A stretch of 31,413 bases of DNA from a virus (taxonomy: Duplodnaviria > Caudoviricetes), in IMG/VR virus record IMGVR_UViG_3300025575_000036, positions 1 through 31,413 of that record; one strand, written 5' to 3'. Numbering within the stretch: the first letter of the stretch is position 1; the number at the start of each line of letters is the position of its first letter. The notes beneath the pieces are model-generated. The model worked only from the letters and a program-made list of their open reading frames with translations, did not search any database and was not told where the DNA came from. Shown here in pieces: positions 16,192 through 24,835 of the stretch. The position numbers and the translations under genes are program-made.

Positions 16192-18903
16192 ATGGCTTTA
16201 AATTCACAGATTTTTTTATACAGTGTAGATACAAGTTCTTTTTATAATGATAAAGAAATGATGTTTCATAGATACCTGAGTAGACAGTATAATATTAGAA
16301 AAGATATTATTAAACGTAAAACTAAAAATCAAAAATTAGATAATATGCCATTTGTAGAAAGGTTAGATAAATTTATATCTAACCTAAATAAAAAAATTAA
16401 GAATACTAAAGCTATGCTATATAAAGAATTTGACAAAAATATAACAGTAAGAGAACTAAGAGAACCCTCGATGAATAAATATAACATAATATCTATGTTT
16501 GATTCCAGTTTAACCAGAATTATAGGTGCAAAGAAGAATACTGTTATAAAGGATATTTTAGTAGTACAAACTTACTTTTTTGAAGTTTTGGAACAACTGA
16601 TTTTAAATGGATTCATGTATAAAAATGAAAAATACTGTTGTTTTACTGCGAGTGCAGGACAAATCAGAACTAAAAAAACTGTATTTATAAAAGAGGACGT
16701 TCTAAAAAAGCATATTAATACTATTACTTGTGGATTAACTATAGAGGAGATAAATAAGCATGGAGGTATAAACATCAATAAATATTTAGCATACTTAGCT
16801 CTCTGTAATTCAGCAACTGATAAATGGGAAAATTATAGTAGTGATATAAATGATATTAAAGACTTTGATATAACTAAAACGATAGTTATACCTGATATGG
16901 AAACAGATGTGAAAGGTATTGTAGATTTTATGGATGATAAAACTTATTCAATTAAAAGAAGACCTGATAAAATTCCAATTGCTCATACAGATGGCTGCGG
17001 TATGATGTTATTGTCTAAGAGTAAGAAATCTATGATGGTGAGATTACCTTGGGTAAAAGGGTTGCTAGTACCCTTTCCTTTTGATAAATTTATACGTGAG
17101 AAAAATAAAGAAACAGGAGTTAATTGTGGAATAGTCAAAGATATTTATGGAAAAGAACATGATATATTAAAAGAAAAAATTGAAATCATATTCACACAAA
17201 GCCAGTTCAAAATGTATAAGTTCTATAATAATACATTAGATACAGAAGGAAATATACTTGAGTCGGGATGGGATTTATATATAAGATACTTCTTGGAGTT
17301 TGAATGTCAAGTGGGTAAATGCAATGAGGAAGAAGATATTTTTAGTCATGCAAAATTAAACTATCAGATGTTACAAACGCTAACAACTATTAGTGATACG
17401 GATTTAAGAACTTTATGTAAAAAAACTAAAAACAATATTACTAGGATTGGTAAGGATAGAAAAACAATGCTGAAAGTTCTAGGAGTAGTGGATTCCAATA
17501 CTAACAAAAATTACGTTCAACAGGCACTAGAAATATATCCCGAATTACTAAATGATACTTATAGTAAAGAAATATTAAAACAAGTAAAGAAAAGTCTAGT
17601 TAAAGCAGGAAGGTCAGGTAAATTAGATTTAGGAGGTACTGGAGTATACACATTTTTAATTCCGGATTTATATGCTTTTTGTGAATATACTTTTTTAAAG
17701 GAGGATGATCCTAAAGGGCTATTAGATGATAAATATGTATATTGTGCATTATATAAAGACTCACCTAAGTTAGACTGTCTAAGATCTCCGCATTTGTACA
17801 AGGAACACGCTGTAAGGAATAATGTTGTAGATAAAGAAAGAGGCAGATGGTTTGTAACAAATGGACTATATACAAGTTGCAAAGATTTAATTAGTAAAGT
17901 GCTAATGTTCGATAATGATGGCGATAAAAGTCTAATTTGGTCAGATAAAGTCGCAATTAAGGTTGCAGAAAGCAACATGGAAAATATAGTACCCTTATAT
18001 TACAATATGGCTAAAGCCGAAGCTGTTTTAATTACTAATGAAAATATATACGCTGGCTTAAAATCCGCCTACACTGGAGGTAATATTGGATTATATAGTA
18101 ATAATATATCGAAAATATTTAATAGTGATAATATAAATTTAGAAGCTATTAAATTACTTTGTATGGAGAATAATTTTACAATAGATTTTGCTAAAACTCT
18201 TTATAAACCTAAGAGGCCGAAAGATAAACAAAAGTTAATTTCTGCATACACCAACGCCAAGGTTCCTAATTTTTTTATTTACGCAAAAGATAAAGACAAG
18301 CATAAAGTGGAAGAAATTAATACAAGCACAGTAAATAAGCTGCAAAAAATAATTCCTAATCCTAATATAAATTTCAAAGGTCTAAAATTAGGAGAATTTG
18401 ATTATAAAATGCTTATGAAAAATAATGCAATAGAGATTGACAATGAAATAGTATCTAAATATACTAAGTTAGATTTAAAAAAACATTTCATGATTAACTC
18501 TAATGATGAAGAATGTAATAATATTGTTTTTCTATATCAAGATATTAAGAAACAGATATTAGAGATAAATGATGATATAGATTATGTAACAGATGTTTTA
18601 GTTAAGTATTTATATGTAGAAAAGAATTCTAGTTTTAAAACTACCTTATGGGAATGTTTTGGTGAGATCATAGTTAACAATTTGAAAAACAATATACCTA
18701 ACAGTTTAGATAATGGGTTTATGTTATGTGAGATTTGCGGAGAAAGAATTGAAGTAACTAATAATAAAACCAAGTATTGTAAGACTTGTGCTGATAAAAT
18801 AAAAGTGCAGCAAGATAGGATTGCAGACAAAAAATATAAAGAAAGGAAGAAAAGCGAGAAAATAGAAAAATCCTTGAATATCGTTGGTATAACTAGTGTG
18901 TAG
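16192..18903 (+). CDS. yonO: YonO-like single-subunit two-barrel DNA-dependent RNA polymerase
   Basis: Catalytic LMFDNDGD (DxDGD), HTDGCGM, RLPWVKG, LNYQMLQTL, RSPHLY; C-terminal zinc ribbon; SPbeta-like position upstream of head genes. Confidence 0.92.
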   Translation: MALNSQIFLYSVDTSSFYNDKEMMFHRYLSRQYNIRKDIIKRKTKNQKLDNMPFVERLDKFISNLNKKIKNTKAMLYKEFDKNITVRELREPSMNKYNIISMFDSSLTRIIGAKKNTVIKDILVVQTYFFEVLEQLILNGFMYKNEKYCCFTASAGQIRTKKTVFIKEDVLKKHINTITCGLTIEEINKHGGININKYLAYLALCNSATDKWENYSSDINDIKDFDITKTIVIPDMETDVKGIVDFMDDKTYSIKRRPDKIPIAHTDGCGMMLLSKSKKSMMVRLPWVKGLLVPFPFDKFIREKNKETGVNCGIVKDIYGKEHDILKEKIEIIFTQSQFKMYKFYNNTLDTEGNILESGWDLYIRYFLEFECQVGKCNEEEDIFSHAKLNYQMLQTLTTISDTDLRTLCKKTKNNITRIGKDRKTMLKVLGVVDSNTNKNYVQQALEIYPELLNDTYSKEILKQVKKSLVKAGRSGKLDLGGTGVYTFLIPDLYAFCEYTFLKEDDPKGLLDDKYVYCALYKDSPKLDCLRSPHLYKEHAVRNNVVDKERGRWFVTNGLYTSCKDLISKVLMFDNDGDKSLIWSDKVAIKVAESNMENIVPLYYNMAKAEAVLITNENIYAGLKSAYTGGNIGLYSNNISKIFNSDNINLEAIKLLCMENNFTIDFAKTLYKPKRPKDKQKLISAYTNAKVPNFFIYAKDKDKHKVEEINTSTVNKLQKIIPNPNINFKGLKLGEFDYKMLMKNNAIEIDNEIVSKYTKLDLKKHFMINSNDEECNNIVFLYQDIKKQILEINDDIDYVTDVLVKYLYVEKNSSFKTTLWECFGEIIVNNLKNNIPNSLDNGFMLCEICGERIEVTNNKTKYCKTCADKIKVQQDRIADKKYKERKKSEKIEKSLNIVGITSV

Positions 18904-19100
18904 AGTTATTATGTATTTATTATAATTTCCTAAACCCACTCATATAGCCATTCCTATAATAATATCTTAAAAATGGATGGTCTATAAGGGAGAATGGACT
19001 ATATGTACACAAAGAAAGAGATTTATTTTTCCCCGTAATTAAAGGATAATATTACAAGCCTGTAGAATCTCGGCTCTAAACGGATTCATAATAATTTAGA

Positions 19101-19146
19101 GGTGGTTAATGTGGCAGATTTATTTCTGTCCAACCACAATTTTTTT
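19101..19146 (+). terminator. Hairpin with T tract (possible terminator/attenuator)
   Basis: GTGGT...TGG-CAGA/TCTG-CCA-ACCAC followed by AATTTTTTT. Confidence 0.45.
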
Positions 19147-19203
19147 AAAGACAATTCAATAATAATATTACGAATATAAAATAAGGATGGAAGGGAAGTA
19201 GTT

Positions 19204-20658
19204 ATGAATATCTATTATAGAAACTTAAATGAGAATTGTAATGGCGATGGAGTAACTGGTTCAATGTCATTATTAACAGTTAAAAGAAATAATATGAATG
19301 ATTATAATTGCATAGTAGATTTTGGAATGGTACAAAGTTCTAAACTTAAATCATATCAATTACATAAATTAAACAGCAGAGAAATACCAATTGATATGAA
19401 TATTGATGATATCCTAATTACTCATTCTCATGCAGATCATATTGCTTTGTTAGGGAGGGTTCCGGGTATATCTCAATTAGATAATGCTCATATAAGAATG
19501 ACTGAACTGAGTGCTAAGATTGCTAATATCATATTGCAAGATACTTGCCATTTGCATATGAAGGAATGTGAGAAATCAGCTAAGAATAAGGGTAAACCTA
19601 TGACTTCTTATATTACACAAAAGAGTACAGACGAAGTTATAGAGAGAATACAGTCATACTCATTTGACCAGGAGATTAGGTTAACTGAAGGTATTGTAAT
19701 GACGTTTTTATCTAACGGACATTTAAGCGGTTCAGCTTCTATATTGATAGAAATTAGAGAAGGATTATATGAAAAGAAAACTATATTATTTAGTGGAGAT
19801 ACTTCAGGGACTAAACCTATTATATTTACGAAACCTTTAGACATTAAAGAACGTAAAATAGATTTTATAGTTTCAGAAGCTACTTATAATAACAAGTTGA
19901 TAGAAAAGGATAATTTTGAAAGTGAGTTTACAAAGTATATTCAAGAAACGTGTATAGAAAAGAAAGGAAGAATTATTTGTCCGGTATTTTCTGTAGGACG
20001 TTCGAGTAATTGCTTAGTAAAATTAAGAAATGTATATAAATTACATCCAGAGTTTAAGGATATTAAGATTTATCTAGCGTCACCAATGGCATGTAAATCT
20101 CACCATTTATTATGTAGCAAGACTAATTTAGAGTTCTATGCTGATGAATGGCAAGAGGAAATAGATATCGTTGATTGGAACCAGGTGGAGTATATCGAGT
20201 CATTTAAAGCATTGTTGAAGATGTTAAATAATCCTGATAGTTGTGTGATTCTAGCTTCAGCTGGGATGGTTAAAGCTTATAGTGAGTATGTTATAGGTCA
20301 ATTAATATCTGCAAAGAAGAATAGAGTTGTATTTTGCGGATATCAGGCTGAAGGAACTAAAGGCAGATTATTGTTAGATGGTATTCAGAAAACAATGACA
20401 GTAGAAGATCAAGACGGTAATCGGAAAAGTGTTGGAATAAATGCTAAGATTTCTAACGTGGTTGGACAGTCGGGACATTTGGACTATAAAGATTTATGCA
20501 AATTATGGAGTTCTGTTGAAAAGAAGAAATTAAAAACCATTCTATTAAATCATGGAAATCCTGATGGGATGCATTTCTTTAAGAAAGAATTAGAAAAAGT
20601 CTTACCAAATGTGGACGTAAGAATTACTAAATATAACGAGGTTGTAAGGCTTTGTTAA
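19204..20658 (+). CDS. Metallo-beta-lactamase-fold beta-CASP nuclease (CPSF73/Ysh1-like)
   Basis: THSHADH, NGHLSGS, FSGD, SEATY, PVFSVGR, ASAGM, GYQAEGTKGR, SGHLD and NHG motifs. Confidence 0.92.
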   Translation: MNIYYRNLNENCNGDGVTGSMSLLTVKRNNMNDYNCIVDFGMVQSSKLKSYQLHKLNSREIPIDMNIDDILITHSHADHIALLGRVPGISQLDNAHIRMTELSAKIANIILQDTCHLHMKECEKSAKNKGKPMTSYITQKSTDEVIERIQSYSFDQEIRLTEGIVMTFLSNGHLSGSASILIEIREGLYEKKTILFSGDTSGTKPIIFTKPLDIKERKIDFIVSEATYNNKLIEKDNFESEFTKYIQETCIEKKGRIICPVFSVGRSSNCLVKLRNVYKLHPEFKDIKIYLASPMACKSHHLLCSKTNLEFYADEWQEEIDIVDWNQVEYIESFKALLKMLNNPDSCVILASAGMVKAYSEYVIGQLISAKKNRVVFCGYQAEGTKGRLLLDGIQKTMTVEDQDGNRKSVGINAKISNVVGQSGHLDYKDLCKLWSSVEKKKLKTILLNHGNPDGMHFFKKELEKVLPNVDVRITKYNEVVRLC

Positions 20659-20690
20659 AAAAATAAAAAGGATATAAGGAGGAATTATTA

Positions 20691-20882
20691 ATGGCAGTTT
20701 CAAGAACAAAAACAAATGGGTATGATATCAAAGGTGCTGGAGAATTAATATCTGTAACAAGTGGTGAACTTATATTTAGAGATAAAAATGGTGATTCAAC
20801 AATTACTCTTGATGAAATATCAGCATTGATAGGTAAAGAAATTACATTTACTGTGAAAGTTTCAGAAAAAGAAGTGCTTTAA
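20691..20882 (+). CDS. YonK-like small phage protein
   Basis: 63 aa; C-terminal ISALIGKEITFTVK pattern and position before the phosphoesterase, as in SPbeta. Confidence 0.55.
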   Translation: MAVSRTKTNGYDIKGAGELISVTSGELIFRDKNGDSTITLDEISALIGKEITFTVKVSEKEVL

Positions 20883-20911
20883 TTTAAAATAGGATATAAG
20901 GTGGTTAGAAG

Positions 20912-22423
20912 GTGATAGAGGAAGCAAATTTAACAGATAGATTAGAAGGAGAACATTTCTTAGTTTATTTAAACAGATTATTAAAATTGAAAGAAAACAA
21001 AGAGATTGATATAGATAAAATTGAAATTTATGAATTAGTCTTTGGAGAAAAATTAAGTTCTTCTGAAGCAAGGAAAAGATTATACAATTGGAGAGATATA
21101 CTTTCAAAAGGAGAAGAAGAAGGTCAGAGTGTAGGAGATATAATCGAAACAATATCTAGTATTTCAAATCCTAAACCTGAGAATATAATTCATTTATCAG
21201 AAGAGGAAGATAATGTCCAAGTTATTGATATGGGAGATAAATTTCATATTTATAATAAGAAACGTAGTATAGTAATTGATAAGGAAAAGGTTAAGAAAAT
21301 CAAAGAAGTATATTGTGATAAAACTCCTTTAACTATCAATGAATTATGCAGGAAATTAGATATTGCTAGAAGAGACTTTATGTTATTGAAACAAGGCCTA
21401 TCAATATGCCACTCAGATGTTCCTTACCTTGATGAAGATATCCAAGATGATAATTTAGGAGATCTAGTTGTAGAAACATTAGAGAGGCGTAAGGAAAAGT
21501 ATTTTTTAAAATTACAGCAAGAAGAAATTAAGCAAATGGAAGTTGAGTTAAATAAGTATAGAAGTAAAGATTATTTATTTGATAAGATTACAAATGCCAT
21601 AAATGATATTAAGATTGAACCAGTGAAATATTCAGTAGATATAATTAGGAAGTCTAAAGTTAGAGAAGCTTTACTTGATACAATGGATCAACATTTAGGT
21701 CTTAAAAGTGATAACTATTGGAATAAATATTCAGTAGCAGAAGCCGAAAGAAGATTTGAAGTATTAACTAAAGAAACTATTGAATTTTGTGCTGAAACAG
21801 GAGTAAGTATATTACATGTAAGTTCTCTTGGTGATGTTATAAATGGTTTAATTCATACGTCTCTAAGATTAGAATCTGAAATTAACGTACTAGAACAAGT
21901 TAAATTAGCTACTAGGTTAATGGGTAAAATGCTAATTGAATTTGCATTGGTATTCGACAAAGTTATCTATACAGATGTAGCTGGAAATCATGGTAGAATG
22001 ATGCCTTCAAAATCAGAGTCTGATGAAAAAGAAAATTTTGATTATCTTATTAGTTTTGCATTAGAGCTTATGCTTCAAAACGAAAAGAAAATAGTGTTTG
22101 AAGATAATTTTTATGATGAAGGAATTATTGTAAAACATATTGCTGGAGTTACTGTTATAGAAGCTCATGGTGATTCAGATAAAATGGAGAAAGCTGCTAG
22201 CACATTACCCTTAATGACTGAAGCATCAAGTGAGATACATTTAGGCCACACGCATTCAAATAAGAGTATTGAACAAAATTGTATTGAAGTATTTGTTGGA
22301 AGAAGTTTCTCAGGAACAGATTCATATGCTAAGAATTTGAGATTAACTTCTAAAGCAGGACAGAAATTATTTGTTTATGAAGATGGTAAAAGATTAATGA
22401 TTCATGACATAGTTTTTAATTGA
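20912..22423 (+). CDS. Calcineurin-like metallophosphoesterase with N-terminal HTH/coiled coil (YonJ-like)
   Basis: DQH, LGD, GNHGR, AHGD and GHTH metallophosphoesterase motifs. Confidence 0.85.
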   Translation: MIEEANLTDRLEGEHFLVYLNRLLKLKENKEIDIDKIEIYELVFGEKLSSSEARKRLYNWRDILSKGEEEGQSVGDIIETISSISNPKPENIIHLSEEEDNVQVIDMGDKFHIYNKKRSIVIDKEKVKKIKEVYCDKTPLTINELCRKLDIARRDFMLLKQGLSICHSDVPYLDEDIQDDNLGDLVVETLERRKEKYFLKLQQEEIKQMEVELNKYRSKDYLFDKITNAINDIKIEPVKYSVDIIRKSKVREALLDTMDQHLGLKSDNYWNKYSVAEAERRFEVLTKETIEFCAETGVSILHVSSLGDVINGLIHTSLRLESEINVLEQVKLATRLMGKMLIEFALVFDKVIYTDVAGNHGRMMPSKSESDEKENFDYLISFALELMLQNEKKIVFEDNFYDEGIIVKHIAGVTVIEAHGDSDKMEKAASTLPLMTEASSEIHLGHTHSNKSIEQNCIEVFVGRSFSGTDSYAKNLRLTSKAGQKLFVYEDGKRLMIHDIVFN

Positions 22424-22465
22424 CAATTCAATAATCATATTACAAGGAATGAAGGAGGAATTATT

Positions 22466-23080
22466 ATGGAAAAAGAAGTTGAAGGAATGAAAGAAGTGGT
22501 TAGTTATTATTATAATGACATTGTTTATTTAGATCACCTTAAACAGAGGAAAATTATAATTAATGACCAAATAGATGATGGCTTAATCGAGGAAGCAGTA
22601 TTAAGAATTATGACATTCAATCAAGAGGATAAAGGAATCGCAGAAAAAGATAGAAAACCAATAATTATATACATTAATAGTCCAGGTGGAGTGATTACCG
22701 CAGGATTTAGTTTAATTGATACAATTTTAGCGTCTGTAACTCCTGTCTATACAGTAAATCTAGGAATAGAATACTCAATGGGATTTCTTATTGGCCTAGC
22801 AGGAAAGAAAAGATTTACTCAAAGTTTCTCAACATTTTTACTTCATGATGGTAGCGGATTTCTATATAACAGTATGTCAAAGATTCGTGATACTGCTATA
22901 TTCTATGAGGAATTAGAAAAGAAGATTAAAGCTTTTATTTTAGCTCATAGTACATTAACTTCAAAAATGTATGACAAAAAATATGGTTCTGAATGGTATA
23001 TGTTCGCAAAAGAAGCTAAAGCAAATGGATTTACTGATTTTATAATTGGAGAAGATTGTACCTTAGACGACATAATATAA
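22466..23080 (+). CDS. clpP: ClpP-family serine protease
   Basis: IYINSPGG, catalytic Ser in YSMG, His in LLHD, EAKANGFTD. Confidence 0.9.
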   Translation: MEKEVEGMKEVVSYYYNDIVYLDHLKQRKIIINDQIDDGLIEEAVLRIMTFNQEDKGIAEKDRKPIIIYINSPGGVITAGFSLIDTILASVTPVYTVNLGIEYSMGFLIGLAGKKRFTQSFSTFLLHDGSGFLYNSMSKIRDTAIFYEELEKKIKAFILAHSTLTSKMYDKKYGSEWYMFAKEAKANGFTDFIIGEDCTLDDII

Positions 23081-23291
23081 CAATTAAATAATAATATTAT
23101 ACCGTTATTCTACGCTAGTGAGAAAAAGTTATCTCTTTGAAAATTAAATTGCTGCCCAATAGCCCCGATATGGGAGAAAGTGTAGGTGATCTTAGTTTCT
23201 GTTTTATCAATGTGTTTATCTGACACAAGACATGCACTCTCTGTCTATAAATCGAGAGTTTCTAATTAGGATTATAAGGAGGTTTTTATTA

Positions 23292-23504
23292 ATGTGTGAA
23301 AGTAAAGAATGTTGTGGTTGTGAAGAAGATATAAGGGTACTTACAAAAGAGGATTTAGTGGAATCAGCTATAGATAATATATCTGAAGGTGGCTGTTTAG
23401 GCTGTACACTTTCCCAGATATTTGATATAGGATATTCCCAAGGCCAGAAAGATACTGCCATGATGTTCAAAACTATTTCGGAGAATGTATTAGAAGAGGA
23501 ATAA
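23292..23504 (+). CDS. Small acidic Cys-containing hypothetical protein
   Basis: AAGGAGG RBS supports start 23292 rather than 23232. Confidence 0.7.
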   Translation: MCESKECCGCEEDIRVLTKEDLVESAIDNISEGGCLGCTLSQIFDIGYSQGQKDTAMMFKTISENVLEEE

Positions 23505-23616
23505 ATTTGACAAAATATGCAATTCACGAGTGGGATTGTAGTATAAAGGTTCACTGAACCCGTAATCAGTGCCGCCTCGATTCAGGGCAAGTTCGCAATA
23601 CTGGATCATTTAATAT

Positions 23617-23693
23617 GGGGTAGATAGCTTAATGATAGAGCCTTTTCCTATAAGATTATAAGGTGTGGGTTCAAATCCCATTCTATTCCGCCA
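23617..23693 (+). tRNA. Atypical or degenerate tRNA (anticodon undetermined)
   Basis: D arm GCTT-AATGATA-GAGC, T arm GTGGG-TTCAAAT-CCCAT, acceptor stem and encoded CCA; anticodon arm non-canonical. Confidence 0.65.
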
Positions 23694-23741
23694 ACATAGG
23701 GTTCGGAAGGTGGACTTCATGCAAAGGAACCTTCTTATATC

Positions 23742-23777
23742 AGATTATGGCTGATAGGATATCGGTTGTAATCTTTT
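23742..23777 (+). terminator. 14-bp G-U-rich hairpin with T tract
   Basis: AGATTATGGCTGAT-AGGAT-ATCGGTTGTAATCT-TTT. Confidence 0.55.
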
Positions 23778-23903
23778 ATACAATTAAAGGATAATATTTA
23801 GATTTATGAATATCGTAATTGATATTTATATATGTGGATATTTGATGTTCACAGGATAGAAGAAAGATAGGATTAATTACCTTATCTTAGTGCATTCCCC
23901 TCG

Positions 23904-24824
23904 ATGCCTCTTCTATTTGTTTTACATATTGAGGGAAATAAATTAAGTATAAAGGATGTGGTAATTATTATTACGAGCAAGGAATGTACAAGTTGTCATA
24001 AAACTAAGAAGGTAAGTAATTATTACATTCATAGAGATAACAAACCAGGACATAATTTAGATTTTACATGTAAAGAGTGTAATAAAAAAATCGTGGTTGA
24101 CTTAGAAGGATTAAAAAGATATTGTGATTTAAATTCGAGACCTTTTGTTCAAGATTTATATGATGTAGCTTTAAAAACTTCTACTGATAAATATGAAAAT
24201 AATGTTGATTACAATTCACTCCCTGAAGAAAAAAGGGAGTCTTTTTTATTTGAAAAGATAAGAAATATCTATTTTAGCAGAATGGGTGCAACACAATATT
24301 ATTCATACTTAGATACTGATCAAAGTCCTGTTTTTGTAGAAACAATAGAAGATGAGTCAGAAGTTGAAAATGTTAATGATGCAGAACCTGTAAAAGAAAA
24401 GAAAATCCATTCAGAAAAATGGTCTGGAACCTACAGTCATAGTCAAATTTCCTGGCTTGATGCTTACTACGCTGACACCTGCGAGGACTTTAATGTTGTC
24501 AGTCGTATTCATAAGGATTATGCAAAAAAAATAGCTAAGGCCAGTTTGAATATGGATGAATCTTTCTCAGACATGATGAATGGAGTTTCTGGAGCGGACA
24601 AGAGGTACAAAGATTCTAAGGCTGTCTTCGATACACTTTCGATTTCTGCTAAGTTCTCTGAGAAGACACGCGGCCAAAATGATACAGCTGGATTAGGATC
24701 TCTAGCTGAAATAACTGCCTGGTTAGAACAGAATGGATTTCTACAGGAAAAAATCGTGTTTGAAGACGATGATATAAGTAAAATAAATAAAGATTTACGT
24801 CATGTCTTAAGCAGTTTGGATTAG
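23904..24824 (+). CDS. Zinc-finger phage protein upstream of terL, probable terminase small subunit (start uncertain)
   Basis: N-terminal CxxC...CxxC; position directly before terL; the best RBS points to ATT codons at 23964-23970. Confidence 0.6.
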   Translation: MPLLFVLHIEGNKLSIKDVVIIITSKECTSCHKTKKVSNYYIHRDNKPGHNLDFTCKECNKKIVVDLEGLKRYCDLNSRPFVQDLYDVALKTSTDKYENNVDYNSLPEEKRESFLFEKIRNIYFSRMGATQYYSYLDTDQSPVFVETIEDESEVENVNDAEPVKEKKIHSEKWSGTYSHSQISWLDAYYADTCEDFNVVSRIHKDYAKKIAKASLNMDESFSDMMNGVSGADKRYKDSKAVFDTLSISAKFSEKTRGQNDTAGLGSLAEITAWLEQNGFLQEKIVFEDDDISKINKDLRHVLSSLD

Positions 24825-24835
24825 GTGATGACAAT

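Noticed and set aside
23527-23600. Second tRNA gene
   Set aside because: Hairpins present, but no convincing T loop, acceptor stem or CCA; kept only as a structured segment.
23617-23693. Selenocysteine tRNA (selC)
   Set aside because: 8/5 fold, but no UCA anticodon and no long variable arm.
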